In this document: positions 51,883 to 64,000 of the stretch, one piece after another
Position numbering within the stretch: position 1 is the stretch's first letter
Layout: every line of letters starts with the position of its first letter
DNA from: Lingula anatina
Taxonomy: Eukaryota > Animalia > Brachiopoda
Length of the DNA: 64,000 nt
Reading direction: 5' to 3'
Assembly: GCA_051362555.1 (NCBI GenBank)
Contig: CM120645.1
Location: forward strand, 10,168,001-10,232,000
Notes under the pieces: model-generated
Databases searched by the model: none
Told to the model about the DNA's origin: nothing
Seen by the model: only the letters and a program-made list of their open reading frames with translations
Position numbers and translations under genes: made by a program

Positions 51883-54800
51883 TTATCTATCATTTGCTGC
51901 TGGGAACACAGTTCTGTAGATGACAACAGAGGCCACTTTCAGGGGTTCAAAGATGAACACCTCCTCCAGCAGAGCAAACACGACAAGACAGGCCCAGCGG
52001 TATGAGCTCTCTGTGGTCAGCTCAATCATGTAGATCTCAGTGAAGAACAGAGAGATGAAGACAGAGCACAGGAGAAGAACAATAATGATGTAAAGCACAT
52101 AGTGTGGGAGTTTCTTCTTCATCTCTCCTGTTGCCTCCATCTCTAGCTGAAGTAGCTGGGCATCAGTTAGCTGCTGTGTTGATGTAAGAGATGGCTTTTT
52201 GAGTTCATCACCAGGACTGCCATCATCTGGAGTATTTAATATAAATATTCAACAAAAAATGACAATATACAAATATCTTTTTAGGTTCACCATTTAAAGG
52301 ACCAAAGAAAAATAGAAATTAAAGCATGTTCAATTATGATAATCAAGGAAATTATATTAAATTAAGTAACAATTTTTACGATTGATGTTTTCACAGACAG
52401 CTATGACATGTTTTGTTAAAGAAATTTACTGAAGGTTAATTTTTTTAAATATTAAAAGAAAAGAAAGGTTTATCAAATAACACTAAATGTAACTAGAGAA
52501 TATATCAAAGTCGGACAAATATCAATAAAAATGCAGTGACCAAAGATCAATTAATGCTGATATTGTACTATATCAAAAGAAGATTTTCTTACATACAGCA
52601 AAAAAGAAGTACACAACCTACCATCTTCCAGGTGAAGCACAGCATAGGCAGACTCAAACACAGTTGCCATGCTGTCCTGGTTGATGGTGCCATCTATCAT
52701 GCTGCCTTGTTGTACAACGTTGTGATGGGCAGAAATAGCACTGGCGTCATCTCTGTAATAGGAAGAAAGATTTCAAAAAAAAAAAAATAAATGAATTGTA
52801 TGTGAAAAATCAAAATAAAATAATAATAAAATATAATTTAATTAAAAAAGATGACTGAATAAAATAAGAAATAGAATAATAAAATAAAAATATAAGTCGC
52901 CTTTCCTGTCCCCTGCATTACCTTGCTGTCATGTTGGTGTTGCCAGTCTCAGGATCACCACTGGTGCCATTGCTATTGTTAATGTTGTCATTGGTCTGCA
53001 AGATGCTGGTATCAGACTGTGACCTGGGATGATTACAGACACAATTACAAATTAGAGATATATTTTGGACATGACATATCTTAACTAAGATCCAACCTTA
53101 ATTAAATTTGAAATTACATGCAAATGCAACAAAATTTTATACATCAATATTCTATTTCTTTGTCATATTGCTTCCTTTCAAAAATTTTATCTGAATGTTA
53201 TATTTATGTACAACCTACCTATTACCTATATGTGTAAGCGCTAACAATTGTTATAAACACTTATCCTAAAATCATCACTAAATACAGCATCAAATATCAC
53301 TAGATATGTGTAATATGTACCTCTGCAGCCTGATATCTTGGCAAGCTCTTGCAGCGGAGGTCTCTACGTCCATGTGGCTGAGGCGTTTCTTGGCAAGGTT
53401 CTGCCTCATGAGTTCAGTCTTAGAGGCCAGTGATGCCTGCCTGCTGAATGGCATCTCCTCCCTGTTGAACACCATGGTGTGGCGCCTCTGTCTCTTCCCT
53501 GGCCCAGCAGATGGGGGAATGGGGCTGGAAGATGTGAAAAATAATAAATTATGGCAAAGAATTACTTTATTTTTATATACTATAACTAGAATTACAATAC
53601 AATTCAATTAGTAGAATGTTGATTAAATGAAGTGTGGAGAGTTTAAGAATAATTACCGTACCTGATGATGGCATGGGAAGACAGTGCCTTGGTTGGCATT
53701 TCATCCATCTCCTCAAAGGGCATATCACTGGGCTGCCAGGCTGACAGCAAGGGCTGGGGCTTGTCTCCAAGGGGGGTGTTCCTCAGGTTGAGCTGAGAGT
53801 CCTTGGCACTCACAGAGCCCCTGGCCACTTTTGGAATAGCTGAAATACAGGATGTTGATTTATTTTTTGATAGATGATGCTGGTGTTTCTTTCAATATCA
53901 GTTAGTTCTTATACCAGAAATGATTCGGAAAAACCTGACAGACTTTGAAACCTATTCTAAAACTCGGAAATATGGTCATTTCATGACAATTATGCTGACA
54001 ACTTATAAAAATTCAACCAATAAGAAAATTATTGATAAGTAACAGTTCAATTGATGTAAATACCTGAGGGTTTAAATTCCTCCAGCTTCTGTTCCCCACC
54101 ACAAGCTGTGTAAGTCAGTTCCACAGGGATATCTGCAGTGTCCAGTACCTCACTAAGAGAAGCTCCATGATGGACCTCAGCCTCCACCAGATACTGATCC
54201 TGGCCTATGGAGACCATGGTGTCATCCTCCACACCATCACTGGCTGGGATGCCTGCATCTCCAGAGAGAATAAAGGCCTCCTCATCATCTGGGGAAGCAT
54301 CCCTGCAGGCCTGGCGGGCCATGCTGATTCTTCCTCCTCCACCAGTGTCAGGCTTGTCAGTCCATCCCAGGGGGTCCATGTTGAGGATATCATACATCCA
54401 GCAGAGGCGTTTGGTCACCGTGTTACATAGGGTGAACTCCACCAGGCAGTTGAGCAGCTTGATGACAAAGTGGATGCCAAATGCAATGATGAAGAGGTCC
54501 CCAGACACCAGCTGTTTCTCCCCACTGGCAGGCTGTGGGAAGGCCACAGTGAGCAGGATGTTCCCCAGCAGGTAGTTGACATACAGGGAGAACAGGGTCA
54601 GGACTGTGAGAGGACGGGACAGGGTGCAGGGGTGCTCACGTGGGCCTCCAAATACAGCATTGACCCAGAGGTGGAACTGGAGCAGGTTGGAAGTGATGGT
54701 GTTGAACAACCAGCTGAAATGTGAACAAAATGTGAGTGACATTTTTAAAAATCACTCATAGCAAACTTTGCTCACATTGTTATATGGTTCTTCATGCCAA

Positions 54801-57580
54801 ACAGCTATAGTCTTAATAAATTTTTTATTTTATTCATATTTATTTACTATTTACTTTAAGCAATGCCTAGACCCTCTAGCATTTGTCTAGCACAAATTGA
54901 CAATAAATCCACGGAAATAATATGGTCTAACACAAACATTGTGACTGCTATACATTAGAGTCTAGCAACAATTGCAGTAGTTGTTCTAATCTCTCACAAA
55001 CACAATCACAGCTTTCTTGCTGTACCCATAATAATTAATTTATATGGACACACTGTTTTTAAAATGAACTGTTTTGCAAGACTTCTCCTTTAAGCCCCCT
55101 TAAAAATCATCCATCTCAAAGTCTCAAAGGAATGTCATCAATTACTGTTACAAAGTTTTAGCAATGAAAGTGAATATACAAGAAATGCAGGTAACTTTCT
55201 ATTAAGAGTCCCATGCTGTGACTGACCTGCTGCGTGTCTGCTCACTCTGGAAGCATACACAGTGGGTCTCCTCCCCTCCATTGTGTGCTGGTTTAAGCCA
55301 GATATTACATGGGAAGGTCCACTCCTGCTCCTCAAGGGGATCATACAGCTTAATGTTGTCCAGGTGCCTGAAGGGAGATCAGTAACACACTATACGTACA
55401 CTTAAAATGGTAAAAGTCATTCATTACTTTTATCTTTACTAATACTGTCTAAGTGAGTAATAGATATTTCAGGAGGAAAGATGAATAAAAAAAATAAAGA
55501 AAATAAAAACTCACCATTTGGCTTTCTTTCCCTTTCCTCTCTGAGTGATGACCACATGGGACATTTTCCCAAGGGGAGCTGTAAGAACAATAGACATTTC
55601 AGTTTCATAGCATATTGTCATTACTAGTAGTCCTTTGGCATACATTTTATCAGTTATATGTAGATATCACAGCTGCAAAAAAGCCTAAGCTATTGAAGTT
55701 GTCAAAATGAAAAGATTGAAAAAATTGTCAAAAAATGTTTCTATTGTGGAAAAATTTCCAAATGGCAACTGAAAATGAAGATTCCATCTTCTATAATAAA
55801 AATAATCCTATTTCCAAACATACCTTGTGTGTAGACCAGAAACATGTCCTTATTCCCACGTTTCAGTATTGGCTGTTCAGTGTCATAGGCTGAGAGTCGG
55901 TACCTTGATGAGGAGTTGGTCTCACTGTACAACTGTACATCTATCTTGGCATTAGTGCCTGCATCTGGAAAAAAAAAAGATATTAAATTATTTGAATCAT
56001 ATATGGGTATATATGTCCTAAACGTTTTGTACAAATCGTTCAATATCTATTTTTAAAGATGATTTCAATCTTGATAACAATATAAAAATAAGGCATCAAC
56101 TCAAGACTACTCATTTACAAAAGCTATATTTACTTTTTCATTTCTTTTTTTCAGCTGGCAAATTAATAGTTGTTTTAATAAAAAATTAACTACATTTTAT
56201 CATCTTTAAGGAAATAAAACCCTAGTTAATACAAATATCTCCTTGTTGTAGATGTGGCTTACCTTTCCTTAGACCAGTTGTTACAGTCATAATGTAAACA
56301 TAGTCTGCTCCAGACTCAGCAGGGATGGTAATTATTTTGGACTGAAGATAAATTTAATGAAAACAAGATAAGGTTAAAAAAAAATTGTGGACGACATGCA
56401 TAAAAAATAATAGTAATATGTAAAAATCTTTCTATAAATATTTGATTCCAACTTAAAATTATGGCAACAATTATGAGAAAAATCTTGTTGCAATTTGCAA
56501 AACAAAGTTTATTCCAAAGACAACCCCCCCCCCCATAAAAGAGTGAAAAATAATGCTATGAATTGTTAAGGTTAGTACCTTTCTTCGCCTTTTAATCATC
56601 ACTACAGGCAGTAGGATGAGAAAGGGGATAAGGAATACGCTCAAAAGCAATGTGTTGTGCACAACTGAGCCACTAGCAGTAAATGTAGGTAGTGGAATGT
56701 ACATATCAGAATGGATTAAGCTGCCACTCATTACTCCATGCAATGGAACAGATGAAACTAAAGAGCAAAAAAAAAAAAAAAAAAGAAAGAAAGAAAGAAA
56801 AAAAAGAAAATACAAATCAAAGAAAATAAAATAAGAGAAGGTGAATAATATTTGTAAATAAAATATACTTTAGAATATTTAGATAGAAACAGAAATAATA
56901 AAGACTAAAACTATTAAAAGAGGAAGAGAAATAGAAAAGAAAACATGCAAGACGAGAAATCAAGAAATAAAAACCTTCTGAAATATACAACAATCATCAA
57001 CAAAAGAGAGATATGACTAGTGATTGTTTATTCCTCAGAGCCTCACCTGTTGCTTGAGCATGTGGCAATCTATCATTCTCCACAAAAATGTTATAAATTG
57101 GGCCAGAGCTGGGATTCTTTCTAGCTTGGCCCATACCGCTGGCTTCAGAATTGGCACGAGGCAATGGAAGGCCAAAGCCTGAAATAAATAATCCAAATAA
57201 ATCAGTGAATCAACTATCTAATAATGATTTATTTCATGTAATTTGTATGGGTATGGATTTATGTTTAAATATTTTCTGTGGCACGTCTATGCAGTCACGT
57301 CCTTGACAACGGTAAACAAACGATGATTGACATCTTAAACCTTAAGTTTTTTGAAAATTCCTGCGATAGGGCACACCAAAATCAAACTTCAATGGCAGAT
57401 AATTGTTATTTTAAAGCTTATTTACCAATAAAAAAGCTATTGGTAAACTGAATTTCTAAAACATTCGAAATAAAACGAAAACTTACCTCCTCGAGCAATG
57501 GCCAAAACAAATAGAAACAATAGTAACTGGTGTGAAATATTTCCACCAAAATGACCAGCTAATCGTATTAGCTTGATCAT
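51883..57580 (-). CDS. Mini-polycystin-1-like protein copy 3, ~812 aa, apparently intact
   Basis: Same exon set; large exon 54064-54713 is 650 nt; splice sites conserved. No disabling lesion seen. Confidence 0.78.
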
Positions 57581-58801
57581 CCTGTTCCTTGTGCGATCAA
57601 GTCGCTAGCAAAATAACCTAATTATTCACAGATACTCTATTCTTTAAGAAATACATGCAAAATTGCAACATGAATAAAAGACGGTAGATTCCGTTCGTCC
57701 ATCCATGTTTGCGCGCAAATTCGTCTGCTTATGACGTCATAGTACGGCCGTATCTAAAATGTGGAACGCAAAAAAATTACTTCATAAATAAAAGTAGTTT
57801 TTTGTTAAATGATATTTGAAAATTTTACAGAATTTTATGAAAAATAACCAATCTTATCGTTTTGTACAATATCTGAAATTTATGCAGCGTAATATCAAAG
57901 AGTTCACAGGAATAGCGTTCCAGATTACTCTTCTTTTTATATCTCTGAACTCTTTTCTTTTGGGGGGCATGTTTTCATCTGTCACAGATTTACCAGCAAT
58001 ACGAATAATATATTCGATTCCTTTCTTCAGGGTCTCAAAAAATTTTAAGTCCAGACACATCTGTGTTTGTGCATAAAAAGGAAATAAAGCAACTACGACA
58101 ATTTCACAAATAAAAATAATAACACAATATATAAAAATGATAATCTTTATTGTTTCTGGCACAAAGTAACTGATTAGGGACTGACCTGGGTCAACATGAC
58201 CTAACTCCCTCAACAGTATATTTTAAGTGCAGATACAGTACTGTGCAGGTCTTGTACATATGCTTCTTTTTTTCCAGAAAAAATGCATACAATAATAAAC
58301 CACATGATTGAAATAGTCAAATATTTTGAAATGGATGGATAATTTAAAATACAGTAGCTTTTTAGAATAGTATCACCTAATTGTTGCATATCAGTCATAG
58401 TTTTTTTTTTTAATGACAGTTGTATCTTAATAAATAATTCTACATTTTGTGATACTAATATAAATAAAATTGCACACGGATATATCACATAAGTGCTGTT
58501 TAACAAATCAGTCTGATAAATACTCAATAGGTTAATTGTCCATCTTTGAATAAGAAGTAAAAGCTTACAGTTTGTTCATTTGATCCTATTGTAATAAAAC
58601 TGGTACCTTTGTTTATTTTTGTGGTTAAGATAAGATTTCAGTTTGTAGTACTTGCTTTCATTCTGATTTGTTTTTTGAAGTGAAACTTTTGACAGTGTGA
58701 CAAATTGAAAAATGAGAGTCAAAAATCCAGTGCTGAGGATTTGAAAATTTCAGAAAAAGTCAGCATCATCCTCAGACATTCAGCAAAGTGAGTATCACAA
58801 G

Positions 58802-61800
58802 TTATCTATTATTTGCTGCTGGGAACACAGCTCTGTAGATGACAACAGAGGCCACTTTCAGGGGTTCAAAGATGAACACCTCCTCCAGCAGATCAAACAC
58901 GACAAGACAGGCCCAGCAGTATGAGCTCTCTGTGGTCAGCTCAATCATGTAGATCTCAGTGAAGAACAGAGAGATGAAGACAGAGCACAGGAGAAGAACA
59001 ATAATGATGTAAAGCACATAATGTGGGAGTTTCTTCTTCATCTCCCCTGTTGCCTCCATCTCTAGCTGAAGTAGCTGGGCATCAGTTAGCTGCTGTGTTG
59101 ATGTTAGAGATGGTTTTTTGAGGTCATCACCAGGGCTTCCATCATCTGGAGTATTTAAAAATTAACAAAAAAATGAAAATCAAGGAAGTGATAATCAAAG
59201 AAATGGCATTAAACTAAGTAAGAATTTTTACAATTGTTGTTTCCATAGAGAGATAATTTTAGAGGTTATTTTTTTAAATATTAAATTTTTTTATTTACAT
59301 GAAATTTGCAAATAAAAGAAAGGTTAATCAAATAACACTAAATGTAACTAGGGAATACATGTATTATGTATATCAAAGTCAGACAAATATCAATAAAAAT
59401 GCAGAGACCAACAATACTGATAATGATGTGGTACTATATCAAAAGTAGATTTTTTAACATACAGCAAAAAGGAAGTACACAACCTACCATCTTCCAGGTG
59501 AAGCACAGCATAGGCAGACTCAAACACAGTTGCCATGCTGTCCTGGTTGATGGGGCCATCTACCATGCTGCCTTGTTGTACAACGTTGTCATGGGCAGAA
59601 ATAGCACTGGCGTCATCTCTGTAATTGGCAGAAAGATTTCACAAAAATAAATAAATGAACAGTATGTGAAAAACCAAATAAAACAAAATAATAATAAAAT
59701 ATGAATTAATTACAAAAGATGACTGAATAAAATAAGAAATAGAATAATAAAATAAAAATATAAGTCGCCTTTCCCGTCCCCTGTATTAATTACCTTGCTG
59801 TCATGTTGGTGTTGCCAGTCTCAGGACCACCACTGGTGTCATTGTTATTGTTCATGTTGTCATTGGTCTGCAAGATGCTGGTATCAGACTGTGACCTGGG
59901 ATGATAGCAGATAACATACAAAATTATAAATTATAGACGTATTTTGGAGATGACATACATGTAACTAAACTGAGATCCAACCTTAATTAATTAAATTTGA
60001 AATTGTATGCAAGTGCCATCAGCAAAATCTTTTACATAATTTTCATGCCTTTTTGAAAATTTCTATTTGAATATTATGTTTATATTAATTATACAAACTG
60101 CTACATGTGTAACAATTGTAAACACCATTAGTAACTTATCTTAAAATCATCACTCAATACAGCATCAGATATCACTAGATATACCGGTATATATATGTAA
60201 TACATACCTCTGCAGCCTGATATCTTGGCAAACTCTTGCAGTGGAGGTCTCTACATCCATGTGGCTGAGGCGTTTCTTGGCAAGGTTCTGCCTCATGTGT
60301 TCTGTCTTGGAGGCCAGTGATGCCTGCCTGTTGAATGGCATCTCTTCCCTGTTGAACACCATGGTGTGGCGCCTCTGTCTCTTCCCTGGCCCAGCAGATG
60401 GGGGAATGGGGCTGGAAGATGTGAAAAAATAATGAAATATGGCAAAGAATTACTCTATATTTATATACTATAACTAGAATTACAATACAATACAATTAGT
60501 AGAATGTTGATGAAATGACGTGTGGAGAGTTTGAGAGTAATTACCGTACCTGATGATGGCATGGGAGGACAGTGCCTTTGCTGGCATTTCATCCATCTCC
60601 TCAAAGGGCATATCACTGGGCTGCCAGGCTGACAGCAAGGGCTGGGGCTTGTCTCCAAGGAGGGTGTTACTCAGGTTGAGCTGAGAGTCCTTGGCACTCA
60701 CAGAGCCCCTGGCCACTTTAGGAATGGCTGAAATACAGGGTGTTTGCATATTTACTTACTGATAGGTGATGCTGGTGTTTCTATCCATATCAGCTGATTC
60801 TTACACCAGAAATTATTAAAACAAACCAGGGAGATTCTGAAACCTATACTAAAACCCAGAAATATGGTTATTGCCCAATAATTGTGGTATTAAAAACTTA
60901 ACAAAAATTCCACCAATAAGAAGATTATTGACAAGCAGGGGCGTAACCAGAACATTTAAAATTGTACGCACAGATTTTGAAAATTCACAGGTACGATTAT
61001 ATTCCGTGAAAATACACTAAATTTATGGAGAATAATATCATGGTTGGCTCAAAAAATTGTACGCACAGTGCATCCGTGCGTATGCCTGGTTACGCCCCTG
61101 ACAAGTATTTTAATACTGTTTAAAAACAGTCCAATGTAAAGAAAATACCTGAGGGTTTGAATTCTGAGCTTCTGTTCCCCACCACAAGCTGTGTAAGTCA
61201 GTTCCACAGGGATATCTGCAGTGTCCAGTACCTCACTTTGAGAAGCTCCATGATGGACCTCAGCCTCCACCAGATATTGGTCCTGGCCTATGTAGACCAT
61301 GGTGTCATCCTCCACACCAACACTGGCTGGGATGCCTGCATCTCCAGAGAGAATAAAGGCCTCCTCGTCATCTGGGGGAGCATCCCTGCAGGCCTGGCGG
61401 GCCATGCTGATTCTACCTCCCCCACCAGTGTCAGGCTTGTCATTCCATCCCAGGGGGTCCATGTTGAGGATATCATACATCCAGCAGAGGCGTTTGGTCA
61501 CTGTGTTACACAGGGTGAACTCCACCAGGCAGTTGAGCAGCTTGATGACAAAGTGGATGCCAAATGCAATGATGAAGAGGTCCCCAGATACCAACTGTTT
61601 CTCCCCACTGGCAGGCTGTGGGAAGGCCACAGTGAGCAGGATGTTCCCCAGCAGGTAGTTGACATACAGAGAGAACAGGGTCAGGACTGTGAGAGGACGG
61701 GACAGGGTGCAGGGGTGCTCACGTGGACCTCCAAACACAGCATTGACCCACAGGTGGAACTGGAGCAGGTTGGAAGTGATGGTGTTGAACAACCAACTGA

Positions 61801-64000
61801 AATGTGAACAAAATGTGAGTGACATTTTTAAATTACACTCGTAGCAAACTATGGCCACATTGTGATATGGGTCTTCATGCCAAATAGCTATAGTCTTAAT
61901 AAATTTTTTATTTTATACATATTTATTTACCATTTACTTTAAGCAATGCCTAGACCCTCTAGCATTTGTCTAGCACAAATTGACAATAAATCCACGGAAA
62001 TAATATGGTCTAACACAAACATTGTGACTGCTATACATTAGAGTCTAGCAACAATTGCAGTAGTTGTTCTAATCTCTCACAAACACAATCACAGCTTTCT
62101 TGCTGTACCCATAATAATTAATTTATATGGACACACTGTTTTTAAAACGAACTGTTTTGCAGGACTTTTCCTTTAAGCCCCCTTAAAAATCATCCATTTC
62201 AAAGTCTCAAAGGGATATCATAAATTACTGTTACAAAATTTTAGCAAGGAAAGTGAATATACAAGAAATGCAGTTAACTTTCTATAAAGAGTCCCATGTT
62301 GTGACTGACCTGGTGCGTGTCTGCTCACTCTGGAAGCATACACAGTGGGTCTCCTCCCCTCCATTGTGTGCTGGTTTAAGCCAGATATTACATGGGAAGG
62401 TCCACTCCTGCTCCTCCAGGGGATCATACAGCTTGATGTTGTCCAGGTGCCTAAAGTGTGATCAGTAAAACACTATACGTACTGTACACTCATTATGGTC
62501 TTTACATTTAATTATTTTAGTTATTCAGAAATTTCAGATACCTCACTCACGAACTCTTAAAATAATTTTTTTTTCAAGATATTCAGATATAAGTTTTCAC
62601 AAAAGTACACAATCCCATTTCAAACCAAAATTCTTTAGTAAAAAAGTCTTAAGTGTCTTTCTTACTTATTACACATAAACATTTTCTAAGCAAAATATGT
62701 TAAATTAGTATTGAGGATTAAGTTGTTCATTTTACATGTACACCTATGATACTGAGCTGATAGAAAAATGAAGCAAAATCTCACCATTTGGCTTTCTTCC
62801 CCTGTCCATTCTGAATGATGACCACATGGGACATTTTCCTAAGGGGAGCTGCAAAAACAACAGACTTCCGAGTTCCATAATGTATTATTTAGTAGTAGTA
62901 GTAGAAGTTTAGAATATATTTTATTAGTTTGATATTGAAGGTGCAACAAAGCCTAGGCTATTGATGACTTCGCACAGTTGTCAAAATGAAAAAAATTGAA
63001 AATATTTTTCAGAAAGTGTTTATATTGTGAAAAATTTTCAAATGGCAACTGAAAATGAAGATTCCATCTTCTATAATAAAAATTATCATATTTGCCAGTG
63101 TACCTTGTGTGTAGACCAGAAACATGTCCTTATTCCCACGTTTCAGTATTGGCTATTCAGAGTCATAGGCTGAGAGTCTGTACTTTGCTGAGGAGCTGGT
63201 CTCACTGTACAACTGAACATCTATCTTGGCATTAGTGCCTGCATCTGAAAAGAAAAAGATATTACATTATTTGAATCATATATAAGTATGTATGTCCTTA
63301 ACCTTTTGTACAAATCGTTCAAGATCTATTCTTATAGATGATTTAAATCTTGATAAATATATATATATATAAAAGGCACTAACTCAAGACTACTCATTTA
63401 CAAAAGCTATATTTACTTTTTAAGTACTTTTCTTCAGCTGGCAAATTAAGAGTTTTTAAAATAAAAAATTAACTTCATTTTATCATCTTTAAGGAAATAA
63501 AACCCTAGTTAATAAAAATATCTCCTGGTTGTAGATGTGGCTTACCTTTCCTAAGTCCAGTTGTTACAGTCATGATGTAGGCATATTCTGCTCCAGACTC
63601 AGCAGGGATGGTAATTATTTTGGACTGAAGATTAAACGAATGAAAACAAGATAAAGTTAAAAGGTGTACTCATTTTCAAAATAAATAAATCAATAAATAA
63701 ATAAATAGGAGAGAGAGAGAGAGATAAAGAATACCATTTTTTCTACATTGAGATTTTATCAGTACAAATACCAGCAAAACAAAATCATTTGGTTTCATTG
63801 ACTATTTAATACTGGTAGTTCCTTTAAAAATAATAGTAATTTGTAAAAATCTTTTTTTTAAATAATTGATTCAAACTTAAAGATATTGCAATAATTATGA
63901 GAAAAAGCTATTGAATTTATTTATCTTGTTGCAATTTGCAAATTTGCGAAACGAAGTTTATTCCAAAGACCCCCCCCCATAAAAAAGTGAAAATTAATGC
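58802..64000 (-). pseudogene. Mini-polycystin-1-like copy 4, frameshifted; 5' exons lie beyond the window
   Basis: Large exon 61149-61796 is 648 nt instead of 650 (AAGCTCAGAATTCAAACCC vs AAGCTGGAGGAATTTAAACCC). Splicing to the next exon gives AGC CAT TCC TAA. Confidence 0.7.
60936..61100. mobile_element. hAT-like MITE with a 5-bp TSD in a copy 4 intron
   Basis: TIR CAGGGGCGTAACCAG / CTGGTTACGCCCCTG; ACAAG on both sides; absent from the same intron in copies 1-3. Confidence 0.85.

Larger units (their letters stand above)
36300..64000 (-). repeat. Tandem segmental array of ~7-kb gene-containing units
   Basis: Homologous stop codons at 36857, 43983, 51883 and 58802 (spacing 7126, 7900 including the 0.94-kb insertion, and 6919). 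Introns and promoters are also homologous. Confidence 0.95.

Overview
AT-rich, intron-containing animal (invertebrate) genomic DNA, probably a marine lophotrochozoan or similar (inference from the transposon spectrum). All genes were spliced by hand from GT-AG sites and reading-frame phase. (1) 8.5-33.3 kb holds two divergently oriented paralogous TIR-domain genes that share their first two coding exons. Gene A (minus, 9 coding exons, 496 aa) fuses the TIR to an IRAK/Pelle-like pseudokinase that has lost VAIK-Lys, HRD-Asp and DFG. Gene B (plus, 9 coding exons, 479 aa) fuses the TIR to a duplicated Ser/acidic disordered tail ending in an RSKSAP 14-3-3-type motif. (2) 36.3-64 kb is a tandem array of at least 4 units of ~7 kb. 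Each encodes a 'mini-polycystin-1': signal peptide, ~80-aa ectodomain, TM1, PLAT/LH2, TM2-3, long loop, TM4-5, stop. It has no REJ/GAIN ectodomain and no 6-TM channel domain. Three copies look intact and the fourth is frameshifted. (3) The rest is nested transposons: Helentron-type non-autonomous elements, a CACTA/EnSpm-like element carrying a Gypsy fragment, Harbinger and hAT-like MITEs, a Kolobok-like element nested in a 7-kb element with a 6-bp TSD, LINE 3' ends, a foldback element, and a Penelope-type minimal hammerhead ribozyme motif. No database searches were run; family assignments come from motif recognition.
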